A stretch of 64,000 nt of DNA. It comes from Candidatus Dojkabacteria bacterium. Its GTDB lineage: Bacteria; Patescibacteriota; Dojkabacteria; B142; WJKM01. The DNA is taken from the NCBI GenBank assembly GCA_014729085.1, contig WJKM01000009.1, positions 61,973 to 125,972 on the forward strand, given 5' to 3'. The notes beneath the pieces are model-generated. The model was not told the origin of the DNA, searched no databases, and saw nothing but the letters and a program-made list of their open reading frames with translations. Of the stretch, positions 37,393 to 46,601 are shown piece by piece; position 1 is the first letter of the stretch, and each line of letters begins with the position of its first letter. The translations under genes and the position numbers were made by a program.

Positions 37393-38033
37393 TATTTACA
37401 GCACTTACAATCACAATCCTCACAACATAAATCATCCATATCTTCAAATCTTTCTTTAAACAATTTTTGCGCTTCTTCTATTATTTCAAATGACTTTTCT
37501 TTCCCCTCCCAGGCCTCCAATTTAACTTCTTTATCTGTTTGCCCTTTATATTTAAACTGAAGATCTTTATATCTTTCGAAGAAAAATCCAATTTCATCTT
37601 TTTGATGCTCTGGAATATCATCAATTGATTTAATGTGTTTAAACCTAATGTCGTCAACTGGAACAGCTAGGATCTTATCGTCTTTTTCACCAGTATCATT
37701 GAATAACATAACCCCAATAGGTCTTACTGAAAGTAGGCAATATGGAAAAGTAGGGTAGGTGACCAGACACATTACATCAAGCAAATCTTCATCTTCATCC
37801 CAAGTTTGAGGAATTGCACCGTATTCAATTGGATAAGGTAGTTTTTCATATAAGACTCTATCTAATTTAATTAAACCTGTTTGAGTATGAAATTCATATT
37901 TATTAATACTACCCATTGGGGTTTCTACAAGCATATTTATCTCCTCCGGAACTTTGTCCCCTACAGGAAGTTTGAGAAGAGGGTTAAATTTGATCGGATA
38001 GAGTTTGTCGCCCAAGTGATTTATATCTGACAT
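37392..38033 (-). CDS. ppa: Inorganic pyrophosphatase (family I) with a roughly 35-aa C-terminal extension ending in a Cys cluster (CCEDCDCKCCK)
   Basis: The EDEDLLDVMCLV block matches the DGDPLDVLVL core and the rest is colinear. The extension is beyond the normal 175-aa length. Confidence 0.8.
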   Translation of the reverse strand: MSDINHLGDKLYPIKFNPLLKLPVGDKVPEEINMLVETPMGSINKYEFHTQTGLIKLDRVLYEKLPYPIEYGAIPQTWDEDEDLLDVMCLVTYPTFPYCLLSVRPIGVMLFNDTGEKDDKILAVPVDDIRFKHIKSIDDIPEHQKDEIGFFFERYKDLQFKYKGQTDKEVKLEAWEGKEKSFEIIEEAQKLFKERFEDMDDLCCEDCDCKCCK

Positions 38034-38094
38034 TTGGATAATGTAATAATTTAAATACTTAAATTTAAGTCAGTAAGTCGTTACCTACTGAAAT

Positions 38095-38736
38095 CTATGA
38101 AAATTGTTTAATTTTTTCTTTTAGATTTAGATATGCTTTTATTGGATGTCTTTGTTTTATTATACCTGATCCAATTATTAATTCATCTGGTTTATATTGC
38201 ATTACTTCCTTGATTGTGTTGGTATTAACACCTCCATCTACCATAATTTTTCCTTTAAAATTTAATTCTCTCAGTTCAGTAATTTTTTTTAAATTTGTTT
38301 TTAGGAATTTATTTCCTTGTTTTCCGGGACTGACAGTAAGAATAAGTACTCCTTGAAAAAATGAAAGTAGATCTTTTATAGCTTCTATCTTTACTTCAGG
38401 GCCTAAGGCAAGGTTAAATTTAATATTTTTATATTTTTTTAAGGAATTTGGATCACCAAAATCGGACTCGGGATGGAAACTAATCTCATCGATGTTATAT
38501 TTTAAACACGTTTTAATATTAACAATTGGTTTTTGAGACATTAAATGCACATAACGATAAAGTGGTGTTTGTATTTTTAATATTTTATCTAACTCTGCAG
38601 TTTTATTTTTTAAAAATTTACCATCAATAAAGTCAATATGCACACTTGTATTGCCAGGAAATGTCTCAAAAAGTCTAAATGCTTCTTGATAAATTTTTAT
38701 ATTGTTTGAAAGAACCGCGGGTAAGATTTTAGTCAT
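38095..38736 (-). CDS. rpe: Ribulose-phosphate 3-epimerase
   Basis: ILPAVLS (IAPSILS), VHIDFIDGKF (HVDVMDGHF), IMVDGGVN blocks. Confidence 0.7.
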   Translation of the reverse strand: MTKILPAVLSNNIKIYQEAFRLFETFPGNTSVHIDFIDGKFLKNKTAELDKILKIQTPLYRYVHLMSQKPIVNIKTCLKYNIDEISFHPESDFGDPNSLKKYKNIKFNLALGPEVKIEAIKDLLSFFQGVLILTVSPGKQGNKFLKTNLKKITELRELNFKGKIMVDGGVNTNTIKEVMQYKPDELIIGSGIIKQRHPIKAYLNLKEKIKQFS

Positions 38737-38840
38737 CGTTATAATTTTTGGCTTATTATACAGATAAAATTACTGTAAATCTATCAGTTTTTATTATATG
38801 ATTAATATAAGTTCTCGAGATATATCATAACACTTACTAG

Positions 38841-41060
38841 ATGAACTTCATAAAAAATAAAAAATTTAGAAATATTTTTCTTTTAATATTTCTATTCGTT
38901 CTGATAAGTATTGCTGTTATATTACTTTTTGTTTTTGTTAAGTATAAAGATCAAGAAGATAGAAGAAGTTTCCAAGCCGAAAGATATAGTATTGAAATTG
39001 ACGATTCTTCTATTAATCCTTCAATTAAAATAGAACGCGGTGGGACTTCCCTCGAATTTGAATTCATTTCTGAGGAGATTGAAAGTAACTCAGGACAATC
39101 TCAAGTCAAAGGGGTTTCAATCGATAAAGAAAAAATTTCAAAAACAGATATACCGAGTCAAGGTATTACATTTTTCAATATTCATAAAAAAGATAAGAGA
39201 AAATTCAGAAAAAAAATAACAGATTCACTTGAAGTTCTATATACTTTAACTGATACTCAAATTAAAGAAGAGTTCGTTCTGTCCGAACCTAAAGATATAG
39301 ATCATCTAAAGTTCAAAATTAATCTTGAAGGACTTGATGCACGAAAGGGATATGATGGTATTTGGAGGTTTTACAATGAGAACGGAACTGAAACCTTCTA
39401 TATACCAAAGTCATTCATGAAAGATGCAAATGATGTTCATACTGAGAATGTAAGTATTGATATTGTAGATAATATGATGGTAATGAATTTGGATAAAGGA
39501 TGGTTGCTTTCTTCTGAGAGAAAGTATCCTGTACTTATAGACCCAACAATTGTACTTAGTATATTAACCGTTCATTCACATCCACAAACCGGAGATGATT
39601 GGATTGTAGATTTTAAAACTGAAGGAACTGCTGATTTAACTATTACTCCAGATGATCAAGCAACAATAGATGATATTGACTTTCTAACTCTTAGTTGCGG
39701 TAAGGAAGAGAGGACTCCGCAAATACTTGAGAATGATGTTATTTTCTATAAAAATTGGAACTGTGAAGATACGGCCAAAGTTTTTCATTACGTAAACACA
39801 GCTGCTCCACACAGGTTGAAGTTCCAGTTTGGGCAGGAAGTCGATTATGCATATAATTCGCCAAATAGTACTATATATGCATTTTCTGGTTTATCAACTT
39901 CGATACAAGATAGATTTGCTTATGAAAAATATCCAGATTCGTTTACAGGTCCTACGGATACGGGAGTATCGGAAGCTACAGCATCTGCTTACACTAGTTT
40001 AGAGGCTGATGATGGTTCGAGATGGGTGACAGATGGAGCAAGTAATAATGGGGAGATAGATGCTCAGCTTTATAAATTCATTATAGAAGAACAAGAAGCA
40101 AGTATAACGGATCTTAATATTAAGTGGAATGGTTTTGGCGATACTAGCGGAGGAGATACAGAATTATCTATTTGGAATTGGAATTTAAATCAATGGACAC
40201 AACTTGATAGCTATCAATTTAATAATAGTACGGATCTAGATCTTATTGGGTCAATATCAGGGGGCTTTTCTTCAATTGATCCATATGTATCAAGTCAGAA
40301 TGAGGTTATACTTATGGTTCATTCTAAAAAAACATTTGTTTGCGGAGAAGATATATTATATGGTGGCCAGTATTATAATACCGTACAAATAGGTAACCAA
40401 TGTTGGATGGCAGAAAATTTAAATATAACAGATGGAAATGAAGATGGAAATTGTACTTTTACAAGTGACTGTTATATTAGTTCTTCAACTGATACTGATA
40501 ATTGTAGTACGTTTGGAGGTTTGTATTACTGGGATGAAGCAAGGTGCGGTGAAACTGCATGCAATGGTACTGGAAAGACACAACCTGAATGTACAAATCC
40601 TGTTCAAGGAATATGTCCGGATGGATGGCATATCCCTAGTCATTATGAATGGAATGCACTCGAACAGCAAGTATGTTCAGATATTGGTAATACAAATTGT
40701 AACACCGAATTTCCTTATGATGAAACTACCACTAATTACAGAGGCCAAAGTAGCTCGGATGCACATGGGGAGGCCTCTGCATTAGCCGGGGGTTGTAGTT
40801 TATGGAACAATGATGTTTTAGATAACTATGGTTCATGTAATAACGATTTCGGTACTACAGGATTAAATCTTCTTCCTGGTGGTATGTATTCTTTTGGAAG
40901 TTATCATGAGAAAAATAGAGCAGGGTATTATCTTAGTTCAACAGAAAAAGATTCAACATATATTTGGCATAGAATGTTTCATTATGCATACACGCAGACT
41001 TATAGACAACCTGTAAATAAGTCAAATGTCAATTTTTCAATACGATGTATTAAAGACTAA
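38841..41060 (+). CDS. Large secreted/membrane-anchored protein with a C-terminal Fibrobacter-succinogenes-major-paralogous (Fib_succ_major, TIGR02145-like) domain
   Basis: N-terminal TM/signal. The C-terminal roughly 240 aa begin YYNTVQIGNQCWMAENLNI and end NFSIRCIKD, the diagnostic start and end of the Fib_succ_major domain. Many Cys. Confidence 0.6.
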   Translation: MNFIKNKKFRNIFLLIFLFVLISIAVILLFVFVKYKDQEDRRSFQAERYSIEIDDSSINPSIKIERGGTSLEFEFISEEIESNSGQSQVKGVSIDKEKISKTDIPSQGITFFNIHKKDKRKFRKKITDSLEVLYTLTDTQIKEEFVLSEPKDIDHLKFKINLEGLDARKGYDGIWRFYNENGTETFYIPKSFMKDANDVHTENVSIDIVDNMMVMNLDKGWLLSSERKYPVLIDPTIVLSILTVHSHPQTGDDWIVDFKTEGTADLTITPDDQATIDDIDFLTLSCGKEERTPQILENDVIFYKNWNCEDTAKVFHYVNTAAPHRLKFQFGQEVDYAYNSPNSTIYAFSGLSTSIQDRFAYEKYPDSFTGPTDTGVSEATASAYTSLEADDGSRWVTDGASNNGEIDAQLYKFIIEEQEASITDLNIKWNGFGDTSGGDTELSIWNWNLNQWTQLDSYQFNNSTDLDLIGSISGGFSSIDPYVSSQNEVILMVHSKKTFVCGEDILYGGQYYNTVQIGNQCWMAENLNITDGNEDGNCTFTSDCYISSSTDTDNCSTFGGLYYWDEARCGETACNGTGKTQPECTNPVQGICPDGWHIPSHYEWNALEQQVCSDIGNTNCNTEFPYDETTTNYRGQSSSDAHGEASALAGGCSLWNNDVLDNYGSCNNDFGTTGLNLLPGGMYSFGSYHEKNRAGYYLSSTEKDSTYIWHRMFHYAYTQTYRQPVNKSNVNFSIRCIKD

Positions 41061-41074
41061 TTTAATCCAAAAAT

Positions 41075-44000
41075 ATGATATCAAGCATAAAACAAAAGAT
41101 ATTAAACAATATAAAAAAAATAATAAAAATTGTTATTATCCTTTGGATTTCATCAATTGTTCTTCTATTTGTAAATAGGAATTCAGAGGCTAGTTTAAAT
41201 TCTGATTATATTGAGTTAATTGTAATTTTCACCAAATCTAACGGTGAGACATGTTCAAGCGGAACAGATTGTACCTCAGGTTTTTGTATAGATGGAGTGT
41301 GTTGTGATTCGGCATGTAATACTACATGCGAGGCATGCAACCTGAGTGGTACTGAAGGTGTTTGTACTAATATTCCGGATAATCAGGATCCAGATTCGGA
41401 ATGTAGTGCTGAAATATGGTCATCTTGTGATAGTGTATGTGTAAAAAGGGGAGCAGATGGATACTGCGATGGAGCTGGAGCCTGTGATACTAATGATGAT
41501 ACTTCCTATATTCAGACTGCTGGAAAGGTGTGTTCTTCCGGAAACGAAGTAGATCCAAACTCTTCACATTATTGTGATAGAACAATTGAATGTAACGATG
41601 GTATTTGTTCTGCAACTAGATACTATAGAGGTTGCAGCTCAGGTGGTTCTTCTTGTACAGATACTGGACGAATTTCTTATGGTAATTGGAATGCTCCAGA
41701 AAATAGTACTGTTTCAGAGAATAATTATAAGACTGGCACTACCTGTTTGACTAATTTAGATTTTTGTAAATATGGAACCTACCAATGTACAGGTACAGGT
41801 TCTCCTTATTCTTGCCAGCGTTCAAGAGAAGTCTTTAGGTGTGATGGAAGTGGTTCCTGTACATATAACGCAGGAAGTGAAGTTGCAGACATTCCTAGTG
41901 GAAGTGTCTGTACAGGATCAGGGAATATAACTGCTGGAAGTTCGGACTATTATGCATTTTTAGATACTAGCGATCGCTGTTCAGATTCAACTCCGGGAAG
42001 CGGTTTTGGAGATAGAGTATATGATGTCTTTGCATGTGATGGTAATAATGCACAGGGACCTGACGTCGGAGATAGAACAATTGATTGTGCAGATGCATGT
42101 TGTTACGATGAGGGTGCGACAACTATGTGTGTTGCATCAGAAAATTTTAATACTTATGATTGGTATGATTTTGGAGTTGGAGATAGTACAGCTACTGATT
42201 ATTGCAGTATGCAGACAGTATACGATTGTTATAACGACAATGATTGTCAGCCTGGTTATTATTGTTCATCTAATTCTTGTATAAATACTTGTTCCCAAAA
42301 TTCTGATTGTCCAAATGGGTATTTTTGCAGTGAGATAGGTTCCTGTTCACCACAAAAAGTAAGTAGTGAAGCTTGTGATTTTTCAATCACAGAAACAGAC
42401 TCATCAAGCGAAAGTAATGGCGTTTGTAGTTCAGGTTATTGCAGAGATGATTACGACAATACTGAAGACGGTGATGGAAGCTGTGAAAATGGTGAATCTT
42501 GTTGGTGTGCTGATTCAAGTTTTGATTGTACAACTGATGGGATTTCTGTGAATACAGGAGAATTTGCCTCAAATGATTGTTTTGAGGGTGGTTCTGGAAT
42601 AAATCCAGGTTCACGGGCACAGTGTTCAGCAGGTGCATGGCAGTCTGTCACTTGTGGATATAGTACTTATAATTCCTGTAACAATTCCTGCGAAAAAGGA
42701 AGAGACGTTTATCACTGCGATAATACAGATAATACATGTTTTGATAGCGGAGAAGATGATTATAGTACAGTCTCTTTAAGCAAAGTATGTGATAACGGAA
42801 ATGAAGTTAATGCAACAAGTGAGACGTTAGCATGTGATAACAACACTGATTATTTTTGTACTAAAGGAGCCTGTGCCGGATCTTATAGATATTCCGAATG
42901 TAATGGATCTGGTATTTGTGATACAAGTTCAACTAACAATTACGAAGAGTATGGAGTTACTGCTGACGTAGGGTATACACTAACTTCAAATTGTCAAACT
43001 AATGGAACTACTATTTGTGGAACAGGAAGCTGGATTTGTTCTGGAACATGCGGTATTACCCGCGAAGAATATAGATGTGATTCAAGCCAGACATGCTCAG
43101 AATATATAGGAGATGAATCACAACCTTGTGGAATTGGGGAATATTGCAGCTCTGGTGCTTGTGGGACAGGAACATGTAATGAAACTAGAACCTATTGTCC
43201 TGCATCTGGTGATGATAATTATAATGTGGGTGGAGATTTATTTTGCCAAGCAACATGTGATGGAAATTATAACTGTGATTATGCAACAAATTGTATTGAG
43301 GTATGTGGAGATAGTGTTGTTTCTGTTTCCGAGGGATGTGATGACGGAGATACCGAAGATAACGATGGTTGTTCTTCTGCTTGTACTGTAGAAACAGGAT
43401 GGAGTTGCAGTGGAGAACCGAGTGTATGTACAGAGATACACGGAGACGGAGTAATAGCAGGAGCAGAAGAATGCGATGATGGGAATACAGAAGATGGAGA
43501 CGGTTGTACATCAATTGGAAATATAGAAACAGGATGGAGTTGCAGCGGAGAACCAAGTGTATGTACTGAGATACACGGAGACGGAATAATAGTAGGAACA
43601 GAAGAATGTGATGATGGGAATACAGACAACGGAGATGGTTGTACATCAACTGGAAATATAGAAACAGGATGGAGTTGTAGCGGTGAGCCAAGTGTATGTA
43701 CAGAGGATGATACAGATGGTGATGGATTGACTGATAATTATGAGTTACTTATAGGTACTGATCCTAATGTTTATGATAGTTGTGATCAAGCAAGCGATTG
43801 TGAATCCGATGAATTTTGTGCTTCTACTTTACAGGTAGGTGCCTGTCTTTTAAAAAAATCAACGGGTAGTGTCTGTGATTATAACGAAACAGAAACTGAT
43901 TCAGCTGCAGAAAGTCATGCAGTTTGCAATTCGGGAGTTTGTCATGATGATTATGATAATAGTCTAGAAAATGGTAATGGTTTATGTGAAGCAAATGAGG

Positions 44001-45586
44001 AATGTTGGTGTGTTTCTAACCAAAATGAATGTGTTACAGATGGTAACTTAGTAAATAACCAATCATATGCATCCAATAATTGTATTTCAGATGGGTCTGG
44101 AACTACATCTGGACAAAGAGCCCAATGTATAGATGGAGTATGGAGTGGGGCTTATTGCGAATTCGGAGATTGGGATACTTGTAATGGACGTTGCGAAAAA
44201 GGAAGATCGGTTTTCTATTGCGAAGATTCATCAAATTCTTGTTACGAAAGTGGTATAAAGGCCTATTCTTCTTTACAAATACCAAGTAAGGTATGTCAAA
44301 ATGGAAATGAAATAGATGCTAATAACGAAACAATTGCCTGTGATGGCGATACTAATACATTCTGTAATGATGGTGCTTGTGTAGGCTTTATTAGATTTTC
44401 AGAATGTGATACCAGCTCTAATTGTGATAATGAATCTAATACCTATTATGAACAAATAGAAATTACTGCCGATGTAGGACATACTCTTACTTCAAATTGT
44501 TCAACTGCAGGCAATACGATTTGTGATTATGGAAATTGGAGATGTAGTGGGTCTTGTGAACGTGAAAGAGATAAATATAGATGTGATTCAAATCAGCAAT
44601 GCGAAGAAGAAGTTGGAGAGGAAAACGAAAACATTAATGCTAATAGAGTTTGTAAAGATGGTAGAAATGTCGATGCAAACTCTATAGACTTATCTTGCAA
44701 TCAATCAGCAGATTATTTTTGTGATTCCGGTGCGTGTTCAGGTTATATACTGTACCCAGAGTGTGATGGGGATGGTTTTTGTGATACTCTTGCTAAGGAA
44801 TTTTATGAAAAAATAAATATTACTGCAGAAGAGGGATTTGCACTTACTGCTCAATGTAAGCAGCAAGAAAGCTCAACATGTGGAGAAGGTACAACTTTCA
44901 TACAAGATGATTCAATTCCGAGATCTGCGGTTTGCGGAGATGGTATTGTTCAGAATGGAGAAGAGTGTGATGATCATAATGTCATTGCTGGAGATGGATG
45001 TTCACCTGAATGTAGAAATGAGGTTTCTGAAACTGAGGATTCTACTTATGATGGACAGTCTACTGATGATTCCGAGACGAGTAGGAGTCCCGAAATAACA
45101 GCTACGGGAACTATAGTTGTGACAGGAACTTCGATACCTTCTGAGGAGGTTGATAAAAAAGCTGATTCTGATTCAGATCAAATCCCTGATTATTGGGAAA
45201 AACAATATTCATGTATGAATTGGGAACTTATCAATAGTGCTGATGATTCTGATGGTGATGGGTTAAGTAATCTGAAAGAATTTGAAATCAATACAAACCC
45301 CTGCGATAAAGATTCAGATAAAGATGGCATTGAAGATGGTGATGAAGTTAATCAAGGACTTAATCCAAGAATTGCAAATTTGGAAAATATTTCTATTGAA
45401 GATCAGAAAGATATAACACGAACAGATGATGATATACAGGTCTCAGAAGATATTCAGGTTACACGTGAAGAATCTTTTATTGCTAAATTATTTAGTAATA
45501 AAAGTATATTAATCGCTGGTTCATTTTCATTGCTTTTTTTAATTGGAGTTATAATTGCAATCTTTGTAAAAAAGAAGATTACATAG
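41075..45586 (+). CDS. Giant (1503 aa) secreted Cys-rich repeat protein with Myxococcus-type cysteine-rich repeats, thrombospondin-3-like Ca-binding motifs and a C-terminal TM anchor
   Basis: Signal/TM N-terminus. About 12% Cys. Three tandem CGD..V..EGCDDG(N/D)TEDGDGC...ETGWSCSGEPSVCTE repeats (DUF4215/TIGR02232-like) plus a fourth at CGDGIVQNGEECDDHNVIAGDGCSPEC. Also DTDGDGLTDNYE and DSDGDGLSNLKE..DKDSDKDGIEDGDE motifs. It ends LIAGSFSLLFLIGVIIAIFVKKKIT. Confidence 0.7.
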   Translation: MISSIKQKILNNIKKIIKIVIILWISSIVLLFVNRNSEASLNSDYIELIVIFTKSNGETCSSGTDCTSGFCIDGVCCDSACNTTCEACNLSGTEGVCTNIPDNQDPDSECSAEIWSSCDSVCVKRGADGYCDGAGACDTNDDTSYIQTAGKVCSSGNEVDPNSSHYCDRTIECNDGICSATRYYRGCSSGGSSCTDTGRISYGNWNAPENSTVSENNYKTGTTCLTNLDFCKYGTYQCTGTGSPYSCQRSREVFRCDGSGSCTYNAGSEVADIPSGSVCTGSGNITAGSSDYYAFLDTSDRCSDSTPGSGFGDRVYDVFACDGNNAQGPDVGDRTIDCADACCYDEGATTMCVASENFNTYDWYDFGVGDSTATDYCSMQTVYDCYNDNDCQPGYYCSSNSCINTCSQNSDCPNGYFCSEIGSCSPQKVSSEACDFSITETDSSSESNGVCSSGYCRDDYDNTEDGDGSCENGESCWCADSSFDCTTDGISVNTGEFASNDCFEGGSGINPGSRAQCSAGAWQSVTCGYSTYNSCNNSCEKGRDVYHCDNTDNTCFDSGEDDYSTVSLSKVCDNGNEVNATSETLACDNNTDYFCTKGACAGSYRYSECNGSGICDTSSTNNYEEYGVTADVGYTLTSNCQTNGTTICGTGSWICSGTCGITREEYRCDSSQTCSEYIGDESQPCGIGEYCSSGACGTGTCNETRTYCPASGDDNYNVGGDLFCQATCDGNYNCDYATNCIEVCGDSVVSVSEGCDDGDTEDNDGCSSACTVETGWSCSGEPSVCTEIHGDGVIAGAEECDDGNTEDGDGCTSIGNIETGWSCSGEPSVCTEIHGDGIIVGTEECDDGNTDNGDGCTSTGNIETGWSCSGEPSVCTEDDTDGDGLTDNYELLIGTDPNVYDSCDQASDCESDEFCASTLQVGACLLKKSTGSVCDYNETETDSAAESHAVCNSGVCHDDYDNSLENGNGLCEANEECWCVSNQNECVTDGNLVNNQSYASNNCISDGSGTTSGQRAQCIDGVWSGAYCEFGDWDTCNGRCEKGRSVFYCEDSSNSCYESGIKAYSSLQIPSKVCQNGNEIDANNETIACDGDTNTFCNDGACVGFIRFSECDTSSNCDNESNTYYEQIEITADVGHTLTSNCSTAGNTICDYGNWRCSGSCERERDKYRCDSNQQCEEEVGEENENINANRVCKDGRNVDANSIDLSCNQSADYFCDSGACSGYILYPECDGDGFCDTLAKEFYEKINITAEEGFALTAQCKQQESSTCGEGTTFIQDDSIPRSAVCGDGIVQNGEECDDHNVIAGDGCSPECRNEVSETEDSTYDGQSTDDSETSRSPEITATGTIVVTGTSIPSEEVDKKADSDSDQIPDYWEKQYSCMNWELINSADDSDGDGLSNLKEFEINTNPCDKDSDKDGIEDGDEVNQGLNPRIANLENISIEDQKDITRTDDDIQVSEDIQVTREESFIAKLFSNKSILIAGSFSLLFLIGVIIAIFVKKKIT
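43390..43700. repeat. About 2.6 tandem copies of a 120-bp near-identical in-frame coding repeat inside the giant protein gene
   Basis: gaaacaggatggagttgcag(t/c)gga gaacc(g/a)agtgtatgtac(a/t)gagatacacggagacgga recurs with period 120 at about 43390, 43510 and 43630. Confidence 0.75.
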
Positions 45587-45596
45587 AGATATATAG

Positions 45597-45881
45597 TTAA
45601 TTTTTTTTCTTTTCTACAAAATAATAAACCGCCGCTCCTATGATATGGGTAAAAACTATGATCAGTACCCACATTAATTTATCGTTTTCCTTATCATACT
45701 CTCTTTGTATTGCATCAATCAACATTAGAATCCAGAATATGGTACCAAATACGCTAAATACAATTATACTTACCCATATAAGACACCATATAAGAACAAA
45801 AAACATCTGAAATCCACAAATAAAGGGCATTAAAACTAAACCTGCCATATCTCCTCCGGAATTATTAACAAGAAAATGCAT
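45597..45881 (-). CDS. Small membrane protein with a PLD-nuclease N-terminal-like (PLDc_N) domain
   Basis: Two TM helices, then W.L.L.DA....Y......W.L.I.F....G...Y, the PLDc_N pattern. Confidence 0.45.
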   Translation of the reverse strand: MHFLVNNSGGDMAGLVLMPFICGFQMFFVLIWCLIWVSIIVFSVFGTIFWILMLIDAIQREYDKENDKLMWVLIIVFTHIIGAAVYYFVEKKKN

Positions 45882-45899
45882 GATTTTGATAATTAATAA

Positions 45900-46589
45900 T
45901 TAAAATATTTTTTTTATTTCTTTAATAATAGTATTCGCTTTTTGCGTAACTGTCCAATTTCTGCTTTGAGCAAGATTTAACATGTATTCCTTCTTATTAT
46001 CAATGATAAAGGGAATGTCAACTAGTTCGAGCATAGGAATATCACCTAAGCTATCGCCAAATCCAATTGTAAGTCTGTCAGGATATTCCTCTAAAATTGA
46101 TTTAGTAATTATTGCTTTTGCTTTATCATTTACTATTTTAATAATTTTACTTGTATATTTATTGTTTTTTATTTCAAACTCAGAGGCATATATTTCTTCA
46201 AATTTCAATTTTTGTACAATATGATATGCGGCAGGTTTTAGTGAACCTGTTATTAGATAAGAAACCCAATCATTCTGATTAAGAAAATCAAATACAAGTT
46301 CTACCCATGAATAATACTCTTTATGTGAATTTTTAAAAATATCTCGGTAAAGGTTGTCAATTTCATCTTCACGAAAGTTCTTAAGCATAGAGGCAGTTAA
46401 ATCAAGAAGTTTATTCACAGTTTCATTGTAATTAGATTTGTGATCTTGAAAAGATTTAGTTATTTTCTTTTCTTCTTTTTCAGACCATTTTAGATTCGAA
46501 AAATTTCTTCTTAAATGAATTCTTACTTCTTCAAGAGAATATCGTCTATATATGGTTTTATCAAGGTCAAAGAAAGCTAGTTTTTGCAT
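45900..46589 (-). CDS. HAD-superfamily hydrolase
   Basis: Motif I FFDLDKTI and a C-terminal GDSLGD motif. Confidence 0.6.
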   Translation of the reverse strand: MQKLAFFDLDKTIYRRYSLEEVRIHLRRNFSNLKWSEKEEKKITKSFQDHKSNYNETVNKLLDLTASMLKNFREDEIDNLYRDIFKNSHKEYYSWVELVFDFLNQNDWVSYLITGSLKPAAYHIVQKLKFEEIYASEFEIKNNKYTSKIIKIVNDKAKAIITKSILEEYPDRLTIGFGDSLGDIPMLELVDIPFIIDNKKEYMLNLAQSRNWTVTQKANTIIKEIKKIF

Positions 46590-46601
46590 TTATTAAATCT
46601 T

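Noticed and set aside
43185-43691. Several minus-strand ORFs (168, 116, 67 aa) overlapping the repeat region of the giant protein gene
   Set aside because: The periodic His/Leu/Ser-rich translations simply mirror the 120-bp sense-strand tandem repeats. There is no independent support.
43390-43700. Possible CRISPR array (regular repeats)
   Set aside because: The repeats are 120 bp, directly tandem with no spacers, in frame and coding for Cys-rich modules. They are not CRISPR-like.
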